The notes beneath the pieces are model-generated. The model did not search any database, had not been told where the DNA came from, and worked only from the letters and a program-made list of their open reading frames with translations. A DNA stretch of 57,203 bases, the filler included, from Sphacelaria rigidula (lineage: Eukaryota): NCBI GenBank assembly GCA_964200075.2. It is 3 parts of 3 records of this genome, joined end to end, with 100 filler letters (N's around TTAATTAATTAA, not from the genome) between each part and the next. Parts side by side here need not be neighbours in the genome. Positions count along the whole stretch, not along the records: positions 1 to 19,002 come from CAXNAA020000751.1; 2 more parts are not named here. One strand, 5' to 3'. The stretch's first letter is position 1. Every line of letters starts with the position of its first letter. Below are positions 1 through 11,800 of the stretch, piece after piece. The position numbers and the translations under genes are program-made.

Positions 1-62
1 GTATCGCCACTTCCCGAGACAGCCACAGCTTCTACACTGCCTCATGGGTGCCTCACCATTTA
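1..62 (-). repeat. Retroposon 3'-end repeat, second copy at 7211-7272
   Basis: GTATCGCCACTTCCCGAGACAGCCAC...CACTGCCTCATGGGTG versus GTATCGCCACTTCCAGAGATAGCCAT...CACTGCCTCACGGGTG. A B-box-like GGTTCGAGTCCC lies upstream on the minus strand at ~321-334. Confidence 0.55.
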
Positions 63-409
63 GGGGGGAAGATGGCTTCGCTCGGTCGTAAGTGTTTCGC
101 GTCATCCCTGCAAGAAAGAAATGTCACTCCAACCTCATTTTTGAGATGGACCCCATTTTCTAGGATCCACTGTTAATGGGTAAACTGTTCGCTTCCTACA
201 CAAAAGACAGGTTGTATACGGTCAGTCCCGACATGACACATCAGTGATCTCTGGAGCTCCCTGCCCTTCGCAAGCCTCACTGTTTACATGTCAAACTTTC
301 CTTCCACAATCGATCATGCCGGGACTCGAACCGCATATGACGATAAAAACAGCCACCCCCGGGATTGATATCCACCTTTCTGTCTATCGAATGGCAAGTA
401 TCTTGGGTT

Positions 410-1632
410 ACTGATTTGATTGATTTTTGATTGATTGATTGTCGCACTCTAACTGACCCCCCAGGGATCCAGCCGTGGTCACATGATAGAAGTAGCCAAC
501 AAAAAAACAAAACTGGAACCCTCGCTGAAAAAAAAGGCACTTTCTACGATAGCCCCCCTCCAGAACCAGCCCGAAAGTGTCGCAAAAAAAATGGCGATAC
601 AGCGCTTTGGGTTCAGGCTGCATGGAACGCCTCACATTGGCGATATTGGCTAGAACGAACCCAGACGTAAGAATTTCCAGCTTCTCGCTGTGTTCGGCTT
701 TCCCCATTTCGATTTACGTGACGATTTTTCTCCCCAAAACCATGCACTTTTTTGGGGGGGCTATCGTAGAAAGTGTCAACAGAAGGAACAGAAAATATCG
801 ACCAGAACGACATAGAAGACGAAGACAAAAAAAATGAATTAAAAGTCAACAAAAGCAAAGCACAGAAACAAATGGCTGGTCTGAAACAAAAAAAGAAAAG
901 GAAAGATCAGAAAATCAAAAAGACGAGAAAAGCTCCAGGAATTCAGGGCAGCAGAGTAGATACAGACACACATCAGTGGGCACCGCAGAGCCACCGACTG
1001 AAGACATATTCAACAACTGATATGAGCAGACAGGATTCTTCTATGGGGAGCCCTCGACGCAGCCGCCTCTCCTTGGTGACGGCGGTCTGGTTCTCGTTTG
1101 TCCGCGCGTCGCCACGTGTCCTCAAACTTTTCCGCGCCTTCTTCGACTCCAAGATGCCATTTGCCCATATTCTTCGCCGCAGTGACTCAATCGTTCGTAT
1201 CTTTAACCTCTACACCATAGACGAACCATTTCCATCGAGCTCCTTTGTGCGCGATATTGTAGACCGAAGTGCACGTAGGTTCTCCTGGAGGTTATCTTCC
1301 CGTTGCTCGCGGGAGCAGTCGGCCTACTTGGACCCTCGTGTGGTTAACCGACCGTCCATGACGCGCTTAGGAAGGCGTGTTTCCTTCTGCCGGACACGGG
1401 CTCCCGCGAACCAGAGTTGACGTTTGCGGATAGTCGTCCCGATAGGTTCGCAGTTGGTCATCTCGAGCACCGCTCTGTACGGAAGAGTCTTGTAGCAATT
1501 TCGATAGTTCCTGCGGAATCAAACCACTCGCAGCAAGAACGTGTGATCGGCAGTCCGCAGACGGTCGAAGTACTCAGAACGTAGCGTCCATGTGGCACAT
1601 CCATACGACAGAGCTTCTATCACCTCAGCTTG
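410..1632 (-). mobile_element. 5'-truncated, decayed RTE-clade LINE (C-terminal ORF region, 3' UTR and (CAAT)n tail)
   Basis: Minus-strand translation from 1630: AEVIEALSYGCATWTLRSEYFDRLRTADHTFLLRVV*FRRN...EPIGTTIRKRQLWFAGARVRQKETRLPKRVMDGRL...K*. This matches the post-RT region of RTE LINEs and carries in-frame stops. The element ends in GTGACCACGGCTGGATC...GTGCGACAATCAATCAATC at ~410-482. Confidence 0.8.
536..777. mobile_element. MITE with 21-bp perfect TIRs inserted in the LINE 3' UTR
   Basis: 538-558 CACTTTCTACGATAGCCCCCC is the exact reverse complement of 755-775; the interior is short and apparently non-coding. Confidence 0.7.
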
Positions 1633-1733
1633 TTACTGAATGAAGGAAATGCAAAAGTGAAAATACTTTTCCATCCCACCCAAACAGGATCGATCACACG
1701 AGTGGTATCTACCGTTTTGGCCTGTTACATATG

Positions 1734-2137
1734 AACAACATGTTCGTGAGACTAGGGACGGATTTTTTTCGGAACGGGAGATTTTTTGTTATTTACACCA
1801 AGACGGTCGAAACGTCCAAAACGACCATCACTCTCCTGAAAGCCCGTGATCTGACGGGAATTTCGACGCAATCAGATTTGAAATTGGTGACGCTCTTCCT
1901 ATGAATACGTTCGAAAACGTGAGAAAAAACAAATTCTTCTTTTGGACACACTTTTTGTCAGAATTCTGCGCTGACCACGTTGGTTTTAAATATTTTTGCA
2001 ACAAGCGAACAAACCCGTCAGACCACGGGATTTCAGCGGGGTGACAGGCGCTTCGGACGATTCGACCGTCTTGGTGAAAATAATGAAAATCATCCCGTCC
2101 TCAAACAAATCCTTTCTAATCTCACGAACATGTTGTT
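1734..2137. mobile_element. Foldback-type MITE with ~125-bp imperfect inverted arms
   Basis: AACAACATGTTCGTGAGA...CACCAAGACGGTCGAA...CCCGTGATCTGACGGG (1734-~1858) is mirrored by CCCGTCAGACCACGGG...TTCGACCGTCTTGGTG...TCTCACGAACATGTTGTT (~2014-2137). Confidence 0.72.
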
Positions 2138-3589
2138 GCGGCGATGTACCTAAACACACGCACGCATCAATAGAACGTGTAAATAATGAATTATTTATCC
2201 CTGACTCCCTGTTCCTGTCCATTCGGGGATCAAACTGATGTAAGCCCTCCACGAACACGATGGGGGTAGTATCTACCATGGTAGCCAGTTACATATGCAT
2301 TTACACACGAGTGTCGATACCCCTGAACAGGCGCGAGACATCGTTTAAACGTGCCCACCCTACGCTACAGCCTCATGACCTATTCCGCACCCTATCCGCT
2401 TTCTCAGGGACAAAATCAACGCATCCCGAATAATCTCAGCGGGAAGGGGATGTTATCCGACATTTGAACGACTTGCGGCCGAACATCGATGGAACTGAAC
2501 ACGTGACCAGCACCGGTAGGAAGCCTACAATCTACCCCAAGTAGTGATGCATTCTGGTATTCGTACGGGTATGGGGACTACAGAGACCACCTCGGGGAAG
2601 ACGCTGTTACATACGAATGGAGATGTCGCTGAATGCTGCACCCACGGTCAGTTTACACGACATGCAGCTTCATGTGTACACTTCGTGACTAAAAACGACC
2701 CATTTACCATCAGGCTGTGCAGATTGCATGCACGCCCCCTTCTTTGTCACCAACTTTCAAAAATGGCAATACAGTATTGCACTCCACTACGCCCTGTCCC
2801 GAACGTGGGTCCCGTTTTGACAAACTTTTCTTATCTTTCAACTTACGCACAGCGTAGTCTATACTCTAACGAGTATTTTTATCAAACATCCCAATCCACA
2901 AGTAACAGTATCACCCGATTACTTCACTAAAACTTTCCACTCAAGCTTGGATTTTCTGGCACACTTGATCCCCTTTTCGGAATCCACAGTGTAGACTAAC
3001 TTATCTTGAGCACTACTTTGCCTGGCCTAAGCTCAAATGACAGTTTGACACTTCATTGCCCTCTTACTCGAGCGTGGGTATTTCTCTGATCAAGCCTCGA
3101 GTGACAGCATTCCGCCTCACTCTTCAGAGACATCATGCATAATCGCTTAATACACACGTCCCAGGTACATTTGTAATTGGCCCTCACGCTAACTACCTGT
3201 TGTTTTGTGAACTTCCCAATTTTGGATCCATCTCCACCTGTGAGAATAATATCACAACGTACTCCTAGGACTACATAAAAATAACCCCACCTTCTTGACA
3301 CCATGCGATGATTGGGTTCCAGCGTTCGTCAGGCGACTGATCAGGAGTCCCTGTGCGCACCAGACCAACTGCCATCAGCTCCCCCAACCGTGTGTCCATT
3401 GCTCCTTTCGTTTCCTCATCCGAGGTGATTCGCGCATTTCCATGTCCCTCGAGAACCTCAACTCAAAAATGATTGTGTTCCCTCAGCCATCAAAAACGCC
3501 TTCGACATTTCTCCTCGCCCAGAATATGTCACCTCTTACAGGGGTCATACCTAGCTCCCAACCCAGACACGGGCGAGCCCTCACAACAA

Positions 3590-4963
3590 CTAAACATGTC
3601 GAAGGATTTGCACTTGTAACAGTGGTATAGTGGTGCAGCTAAACGCGACGGAGGAGGTGCTATCAGGAGGATCCATCCACACTAAAGTGCTAGCAGTGGG
3701 ATCCATCCCGAAGATGTTGTGGTGACCGGTATCACCACCAATTTCCATAGTGTTCAGGCAGGCAACCTCCCACTTCTGATCCCCGTCTCCACTGTCTTCC
3801 AACTCTGTCAAGGATCGGCACTTCTTTGCACTGTGGCGCTTTCCCCCGCAAGTCGTACAGACAGTTTTGCACTGAGAGCTTACGTGACCGACCTCACCAA
3901 AAGCCCAGCATTCAACTTTGCTCGTCCCGCCACCTACCCGTCCATTGGTTGCAGCAAGAAGGGCCTTCGATGATGCAGCAGCGTTCTTCGCCGCCTCTGC
4001 CTCCACTTTTTCTACCCCCGCAATCTCCTGCAGTTGACTGTAATGAGACGCGGTGGTGCGTACCAACTCTGCACGAGTGATAGTACCGTCGTAACCCATC
4101 GTGAGGGTCTTGATCTCGTAATCTGCATTTGATGCCACGGACGCGATAATACGGACGTTGACAGCTTCCTGGCTGGACGCATGGCTCGGAGACAGCACCC
4201 GAATCTTGGCCTGCATGGCCTCAATGTCGGCAATGAGCTCGATCGAGTCCTCACGCGCGCCCAGGGATCTGCTGTTGTACTTCGTCAGCAGCTGGTTTAC
4301 TGCTTGGATAGTCTGAGGCTCGAACCACTCTCGCAGTTTTCTCAAGGCTGCACTCGGTCCACCTGCTGTGAAAATGACGTTCTTCACGGCCTATGTCGTG
4401 ACGTTGCAGAAAAGAACCGCGAGCACTTCCTGAACATGATTGATCTCGACCATGCTACATGTTCTAGTGAGATCCGGCATGTCGAGCGACTCGACTGTGA
4501 TAATTAATCATCAGTAGTGCGCCCACATATACCGAAAGGTGTAGCTCGGCGTCCAGAATAGATGGGACGACGACACACAACACACACATAGAGCAAAACG
4601 CTGCAACGGAGGGAATTTTACGCGGTCTGCGCTCCATCCTGAAGTCAAAGCTTCACCTTGCCTGCTGCTGTACAAGTAGTCGCCAGCCACCACCGCTGTG
4701 CCACTTCTGTCGCCGTCACCAGCACCAGCACACATGGTTTCAGCGCCAGATACCCTCTCGGTATCTCCGCTGTTACCATGAGCTGCCGCCGGGGACTCCT
4801 GTCCTTTTCCAGCCGTCAGTTCCTCGAGAAGTCTGGTGATCGTGTCTAACTGCGTTGTCAGCAGCTCCATCTTCTCCGCAACATTGTTGAGCCGATTGCT
4901 GTTTTCAGTAATTTGCTCCTCCAGCGACACAGTCGTTCTCCTTTCCTCGTCCATGTTGCACAC
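3590..4963 (-). mobile_element. Decayed LTR-retrotransposon gag remnant (Ty1/copia-like)
   Basis: ORF 3590-4387 has gag-like helical text (ALRKLREWFEP) and two zinc knuckles, CWAFGEVGHVSSQC (degenerate) and CTTCGGKRHSAKKC. An in-frame stop at ~4392 separates it from upstream sequence; a coiled-coil N-terminal ORF lies at 4511-4963. No pol or paired LTRs found. Confidence 0.65.
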
Positions 4964-5844
4964 TCAGTAGCGGAACACCCAGTGGACGCTAGCGTGTTGA
5001 GATAGTTTGCCTACTAGTGTAACGCAGGTCGCAGGTTCCAGTTGAAGCATCAATGTCGGCACGGTACACGAGGCATGGCTTGCGGATCAAGTCTGACCTG
5101 AGCTGTTTAGCGGTGGAAAAAAACGTATATTGTAGTACAAGGAGTGAACCAATATCCACGTCTACAGAAACAATCAATCATGCAATAGTTATTCTTCTGA
5201 ATCCGTGCACAGAAAATTCTTAAGATCTACTTGTACTCAAGAAATAAAATGACAGTGGCTATACTTTGGCTTTTTGAATTAATTTATCAAACTATCAACA
5301 TTCTGTGCAGTTTTATCATGGCCTATAAACAACCGGAACGACAACGTCGCTCGTGCGATCGCCAGCCTATACACCACGGTTTATCCTTTTTCTAGAGGTC
5401 CACTTCTTCCCTCTAGTTTTTTTCAATAGCTTGAAAATCAAATCTTCAGCGCCGAACACTCCACATCATCATTTGCTTTGGAGTCGCTTGATTTGAGCGG
5501 TGGCGCGAAGCGCCAAAAACCTTGCATTCTTTATACGCATCAAGACTCTGTTTGAACGGTTTCCCTGCGCATAGGTATCATTTTGTGACGCACCACAGCG
5601 CACCGCTTACCCGCCCTGCGACGCACAAGATCGCAGTATTCCATTTTCCCGTTCTTTATGATGAGCCACACTTTTCCGTTTTCCTTCTCGGAAATTGACC
5701 GTTCGCCGCGGAATTTTGTTCGTTATGAATTTCACACCTTCGGTCACTTCGGCACCAGTGTTCACTTTACCACTCTCTCGCCTATATTCTCTCAGTGAAT
5801 CTATCACTCTGGGAACAGTGATCACTCTGGGACGAGTGACTTCT

Positions 5845-7030
5845 CTAGCCGTTCGCTTCTTTCTCCTTAGCACACCATTTTTTTCGTCGCTTGCCTTTCC
5901 TGCAGACAGGTGTCGTTTCGCCCCGCGAAGGCCCAACAAAGGCCCAACGAAGGCCCCACGAAGGAGCATTCCGTCCTCGCTTGGTTGTAAAGTACATTTG
6001 TTTTGGTGTCATATTTCCTCCGACGCTCTCTGAAGCCAGTATTTCCTTTGTTGTTTTCAGAATCTTCATCGCTGATGCTCTTCTCTCTAGCACCTCACTA
6101 GCATTAGGGTGCGTGGGTTTGGAGTCTTTTTCTTTCCGCGCTGCGTTCTGCATGGCATTCCTGTGCCTTCGAACGTTGAAGTACCATTTGCTTTTTGCGG
6201 TGAGTTCTGCATCGTTTTCCTGAGCATCTCAGCGGACCGTTCGAGTGCATGGCGTGGCTGCATTTGGAATCGGCATCATTTCGACTTGAGCATGTCATAA
6301 GAAACGATCACGTTCATCACGAGGTACCTCCCTAGGACTTCACTAGCATTAAGGAGTACATTTGCTTCCCGCGCTGTGTTTTGCATGGCATTCCTATGTC
6401 TTCGAAGTTGGAGTATCATTTGCGTTTCGCGCTGAGTTCTGCATGGTTTCCCTCAGCGTCTCGGCGGACAGCACGAGTGCATGAATGGCGTGGCTTCATT
6501 TGGAGTAGGCATCATTTTCGCTTGATCATATTATAAGAAACGATCATGTTCATGATGAGGTACACTTTACTCTCGGGGCAGGGCTTCAACACCTGGAACG
6601 TGTGTTTTATACGTAAGTTGACCGTCGTACCCTCTCGACGGAGCACAGGGTACTCTCGAGGCAGAACTTCAACACCTCTGTGATCGTCCCGGTCCTCACA
6701 ATTTTTTCATCAACAATATTTTCAATTGAATTGGAATTATCGGTCTCGAGATCGTCTTCCAGTGTGAGGTTCGTGGCCCGTTCTGAAAAAATGGTGAACA
6801 TGCTCTCGACTCGGGCCTTCTGTACCGTTCCGTCAACCGCTGAGACGGCTCTCACAAATACCAACGGTCAGCTCATAATTTCCTTCACCTCGGGTCATTG
6901 CTTCAGCGGGCCCTTAGAAGTTATGGCGTAGCTGCATTCGGCATCTTTCGCACATACTTTTTGGGTGTACTCATGATCGTACATGCCGTAGTCATATGGC
7001 CATTGACCTCGCATCTATGCAATGCCGGGA
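5845..7030 (-). pseudogene. Decayed ORF of unknown (probably TE) origin with an internal repeated module
   Basis: A ~235-bp diverged tandem duplication (6094-6328 / 6339-6563) translates on the minus strand as VPRDERDRFL*HAQVEMMPIPNAATP...KWYFNVRRHRNAMQN. A third MPNAATP occurs at ~6925-6945, preceded by a degenerate knuckle (L)HRCEVNGHMTTAC. Confidence 0.35.
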
Positions 7031-7198
7031 CGGAGCACGCCGGGTTTTCGCCGGACCAGGCTCACACTCAATCACCAAGCGCGAAGCACAGTGATGTGTT
7101 CGGCGGGTCGCATGAAGGATGGGCTGCATGCTGCTACGAATGTTCGGCCTGAAGCGTACTGATCATCTGCCAAATGGATGATAGCCTCAAATGAGTTG

Positions 7199-7272
7199 CT
7201 TTATTTTTTTGTATCGCCACTTCCAGAGATAGCCATGGATTCCACACTGCCTCACGGGTGTCTCGCCATCTA
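7199..7272 (-). repeat. Retroposon 3'-end repeat with A-rich tail
   Basis: Homologous to 1-62; followed on the minus strand by an A-rich run (T-rich 7201-7210 on plus). Confidence 0.55.
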
Positions 7273-7724
7273 AACACTACTCAGTACGATCATCCCCTTG
7301 GGCGGAGTTCGGGTTCTCCCACCCCACATAATACGATCTAGCTCGACCACCGTCATGATTACCGCAAAAAAATGCAAGCGCGGAAAAATAACAGTAACCT
7401 GGTTGCCTATAATTGCTGACGCAATGAGTGGCGTGTTTTACAGCGTCATTGCCAACCGACGCCAACCTCACAGGGAGCCCGTCCCTACAAAGCCAGGACG
7501 AAGTACGCCGGATTCTCTCTGGGCCAGGCACGTACCTTTTGGGGAACGGAAGACGGAAAACTGCCAAAAATTGTTTCACGGAGGCCGGGTGCATAAAAGT
7601 TATTTGTTACGACTGTAGGTCAGGGAAAGCACTGCTTTGGAGTCGAATCTCATTTAAATGTTCAACTTCATTTCTCAGGAACCTCTCTTGTCTGCTGAAA
7701 AGCTCTCACAAACACCAACGGTCG

Positions 7725-8535
7725 GCGATTCCTATCATGAGGCGCTGAATCCAACAGCTTTTACTATTCAAAATGTGAGTCGGGATCATTTCAAAACTGA
7801 ATTCGTATCATTTTTCGGTGTGTTTCTCATTGAATTCGGTACAGATTTGTGCAAGGTTGCGCACGACGTGTGCAGTCGGTGAGCATGCATCAACGCCTTT
7901 TCTTCAAACCACGTGCACCAATTCGCAACGCGCAAAATTACCGCCGGTTCGCGCGCGTCTCTCACAAATCATGGGTTCTCGTTGAACTCTGAACATATTT
8001 ATGCAAGGTCACACATAGCTCAGCGGATGAGCAGCTGCGGCTTGACCTGCGTGTTTTTGGTTTACGGGAAACTCAGTGTCAAGAGCCAAGCCTTTGCATG
8101 TGTCCCTGTCAACAGGACATGTATGTTATTTTTGGGGCTAAAATTGAGGCAAGATACTCACTTTGGAATCGACCTCATAATCAGTGGATAATCAGAGGAG
8201 GTGTGGAACGGCAGCGTGACATCGTTCCACAATAAACTCTCGGGGCAAAGCTGACACACCTCGAGCGTGTTGTGATCTTACACGCATGTCGTATCGTCTC
8301 GACTGTAAATCCTTCTCCACTGTCTCTGTACTGCTACTCCACTGCAGATGCGATTTTTCAAGATAAGGCGCAGAATACAATGGTTTTTGAATATCAAATT
8401 TTGAGTTGGTGTTATTCCAAAATTGAATCGGTATCATTTTCCGAACTGTTTTTGTTGAGTTTTGAAGAGATTTGTGCAAGGTTACGCCCAACACGCCCAA
8501 CTGGTGAGCAGCTACGATATTTTCTTCAAACTTTG
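7725..8535. repeat. Diverged ~185-bp direct repeat pair (7725-7910 and 8350-8535)
   Basis: Shared GCGATT...AGGCGC(T/A)GAAT...TGAAT(T/C)(C/G)GTATCATTTT...AGATTTGTGCAAGGTT...GGTGAGCA...TTTCTTCAAAC. Confidence 0.55.
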
Positions 8536-8827
8536 ACCTGCGCTATAACGCAACGCACACACGCATCACCGGTGCTCATGTATCTCGGCTGTCGATCCGT
8601 TGAGCCTGGGGGCGAAAGCCGCCGAAACTCTTGTATATATAGATATATATATATAACTGTGATCTCAGAGCTTCACATTATCATGAGTGGTACCAAGCTT
8701 CTTTCGGATACATATTTTAGGACTTACTCCCGCCCGTAATTCGTGGATATCACGAATTCGCTTTCTTGACGTATACGGAAGGCACCCGTATATGTGGTCA
8801 TGACGCCAGGCGTTCACCCTCTGACAT

Positions 8828-11800
8828 TCATCGAGTCTGCCGTAATGTCAGCAGAAGATTGCTGTGATCGGACAACTCGGACAACATCTGCACACTTGAT
8901 CTGGCTAGTCCACAATCCCGAGAAAACCTGTGGAGGTTCCGAACACGGGAGTCCACGTCAGGGTGCAAGCGTGAGCATCGATAGCGACCGGCAGTGGAGA
9001 TCTCGAGACAGGAGCTACCAGGTCGACCGCACACAGATTCCCCTCTTCCCCTCCAAGCGCCCTCAGTGATTCGATAACTCTGTAACGTCTACTAGTAACT
9101 CTGATTTCGTGAGGCACTAGCTCCAGGGTGTTTTTTTGAGAATCATTGAAACTTTACGCCTGGAGGAATAGATGGTGGGGTCAGCGAGACCCTCTACTAC
9201 GCCGTGGTCGAGAGGGTTGAGGGGACGTCGATCCTTGGGGCGCGTGAATGACTGTATATTTACCCATCATTAGCCACCGTGAGCGAGCCAGCAAGTTCTT
9301 GCGATAAAAACCGGTTCGTGATCGACATTGCGTACCTATTAGCCAACGCCCCGAAAGCTTGTGGGTCAAGACAGGCCGCCTTCCGCAGTAGCGCATCTAG
9401 CTCGTCAGCAAATTTCCCCGTCGTGGTCACCCTCGTCGCAAGCTCAATACAGGCGCTCACGAATGGGGTGTAGCGGAAGGTGGTACTGCCATTCAAGGAC
9501 ATTATTGGGGGGGGAAATTAAGGGGGGAAAAGCGGCTGCAAGGATTATTCACGGCGCGGAGTACGTTCAAGATGATTACCAGCTGTTCCAAAAATATACT
9601 CCGGAGGCGCAAGGTGCAGTGTACCGGCATCACTAAGGTAAGTGCGAGAATTAATTTGTGTACTCGGAATTCACGCATGACCGCGAATTGGACGTTGGAA
9701 CCTGTGCAGTTACTCCATCCCGTGTCGTGGATCAAGACTGTGTAATATATTTCGCATAGATATTCTGGGCACTGACCTCTCGTTGCCGATTTGGTTCCCT
9801 CTGTCTTCTGTACGGCTAATATCTTTGCAGTCCGGAGAGCATTCGCGATCATGTTCCGCCAGTTCGGACGATTGTCGCCCGTTGCGGGCCTCGTCTGGTG
9901 AGATTACGTGAAGGAAATCGCCTAACGTCTCCACCGCACGTATGCGTACAAACTCGGTGTTATCATGTAGCCTGGCAAGCACCAAGGGGTACAGCTCCGT
10001 TGCAAAAGAACGGTGGTCGTGCAGCGGCTGTGTGTTTGAGTCGGAGCCTTTCCTCTTTGAAAATGGCAATAGTTGACCAACGTGACTGAGGAACTCATGG
10101 CTCAGGAACCCCGACGTGCGTAATATTGGCGAGATAGTCTCCAACAGCACACCGGCGCTTTCCGAGGAGGTTTGCGGGTGACCCAGTAGATCAATGACTT
10201 TGTTCCTGATATTCATGACGGCAATAGAAGCTTCTTGTGGTCGGGAAGACATGAATCCTCGCCATGCCATGTTGTGTGCGAGCGCAGCCAGAAAATCAAT
10301 CATAACCTTTCGTAGCCGAGGACTTTTAGACCAGCAGGGATGCAAACCCAAATCAAGTATAGTGCGGGCATTGTTTTCTATGACGACGTTGTATTCGCTG
10401 CCCTTCGACTGCTCATTCTCCCGAGCGGACTCCCAAGCGTTGACCATTCTCAGCAAAACAACGCCAACAAGCGACGCAAGAACTGTCTCCTGCTCATTTT
10501 CCTGTCAATTAGTAATGTATCAGAAGCGATTCACGGGATTCAATACCCTTCACATTAGACATGAGTGGCTCAAGCGTTGCGGTCAATAACGATGCTTACG
10601 GTTGACTGCTGCTACACAGGCTTGCGATCAGGGTCTGTATTCGAGTCATGGATCAAGCGTGAGAATGCGGGCATATCCTCACCATAAAGTTATTGATCCT
10701 GTTCACGACTTGGCTGCATAGGCCTAGGAGATTTGTTGATACACATGGGCATATTCTCGGAGCTTGTGGGCACATTGAGAGCAAACCCTCCAGAACTAAG
10801 TGCGCAGTACAAGCGCGATTCCACCCAGGTCCCACCGGATAGTCCTGTAGCCGACAAGAGGATGTCCATGGGTGAGCTATTTTCTCAATAGTAATTGACA
10901 ACATTTCCATGGTTGCATCACGGCGTAGGCGTCAAGTAGGTCTTCGATATAAGTTCGAGCACTCTTACCTGTGAAACGAACTCGACCAGAGCTTGGGCGT
11001 GATCCGCGACGAAGGTCTCAATATCAGTGGCTCGATGTGCATCCGCGAGGTCGCTCAAGCATGAAACTACCTCAGACTGAACGTCGCCAAGGCTTCCACA
11101 CACCAGGAGGTATTCGACGATAGATTGAACGGGGCGTCTTATCGACGCCAAGCGTCCCGTTTTGAGGTAGGTAGCTTCCAAAGTAGCCCGTTGCCCTCCC
11201 CTCCCCATGGCATTCGCGATGGCCGCAAGGACTCTGATTGTAGCGCATCGAACATGAATAATCTCCGCAGCAATGTCTTCACGACGAGCTGTGCAAGAAC
11301 GTCGGCGTCGACAATATTGATGTACCCTTATATTCGACTTGGCCATAAAGTCGAAACAGGTAGTGCACCGCTGTGGCTTAACCTACTTGAATTCCGTGCA
11401 AATTTGTCCTGTCGTAACCCCGATTTGCTTACGAGAGCATCTACAACGTAGCACTGAGCAGCATGAATGGATCACGTCAATTGGAAAAGGGGTATGCCCA
11501 ATTTGAGCGATAGTAATGAACGTAAGAATTTCCATGAGAAGCATCGACGTGTGTTTTGAAGGTTTTTTACCCTTGCATACGGAAAGAAGCCGCGAGGAGT
11601 TGTTCACAATTATTTACCTGTGACAGCTTCAACAATGTCCGAGATATGCGGAAGGAGCACCTTCGGTAGAGTACCTTCCACCAACTTGAGCAATATGGTG
11701 AGCAACGCAGCCCTGTGGGGTACATGAAAAAAATCAATGACGCGGCCCCGAATAAGAACGTTGGCAACCCACAGAATTGTCTTGCGTATGATCAAACCTG

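Noticed and set aside
773..1420. 215-aa Lys-rich plus-strand ORF
   Set aside because: Antisense shadow of the RTE LINE ORF and its T-rich 3' UTR.
2900..5300. Paired LTRs around the gag remnant
   Set aside because: No direct-repeat pair, clear PBS or PPT could be identified by eye.
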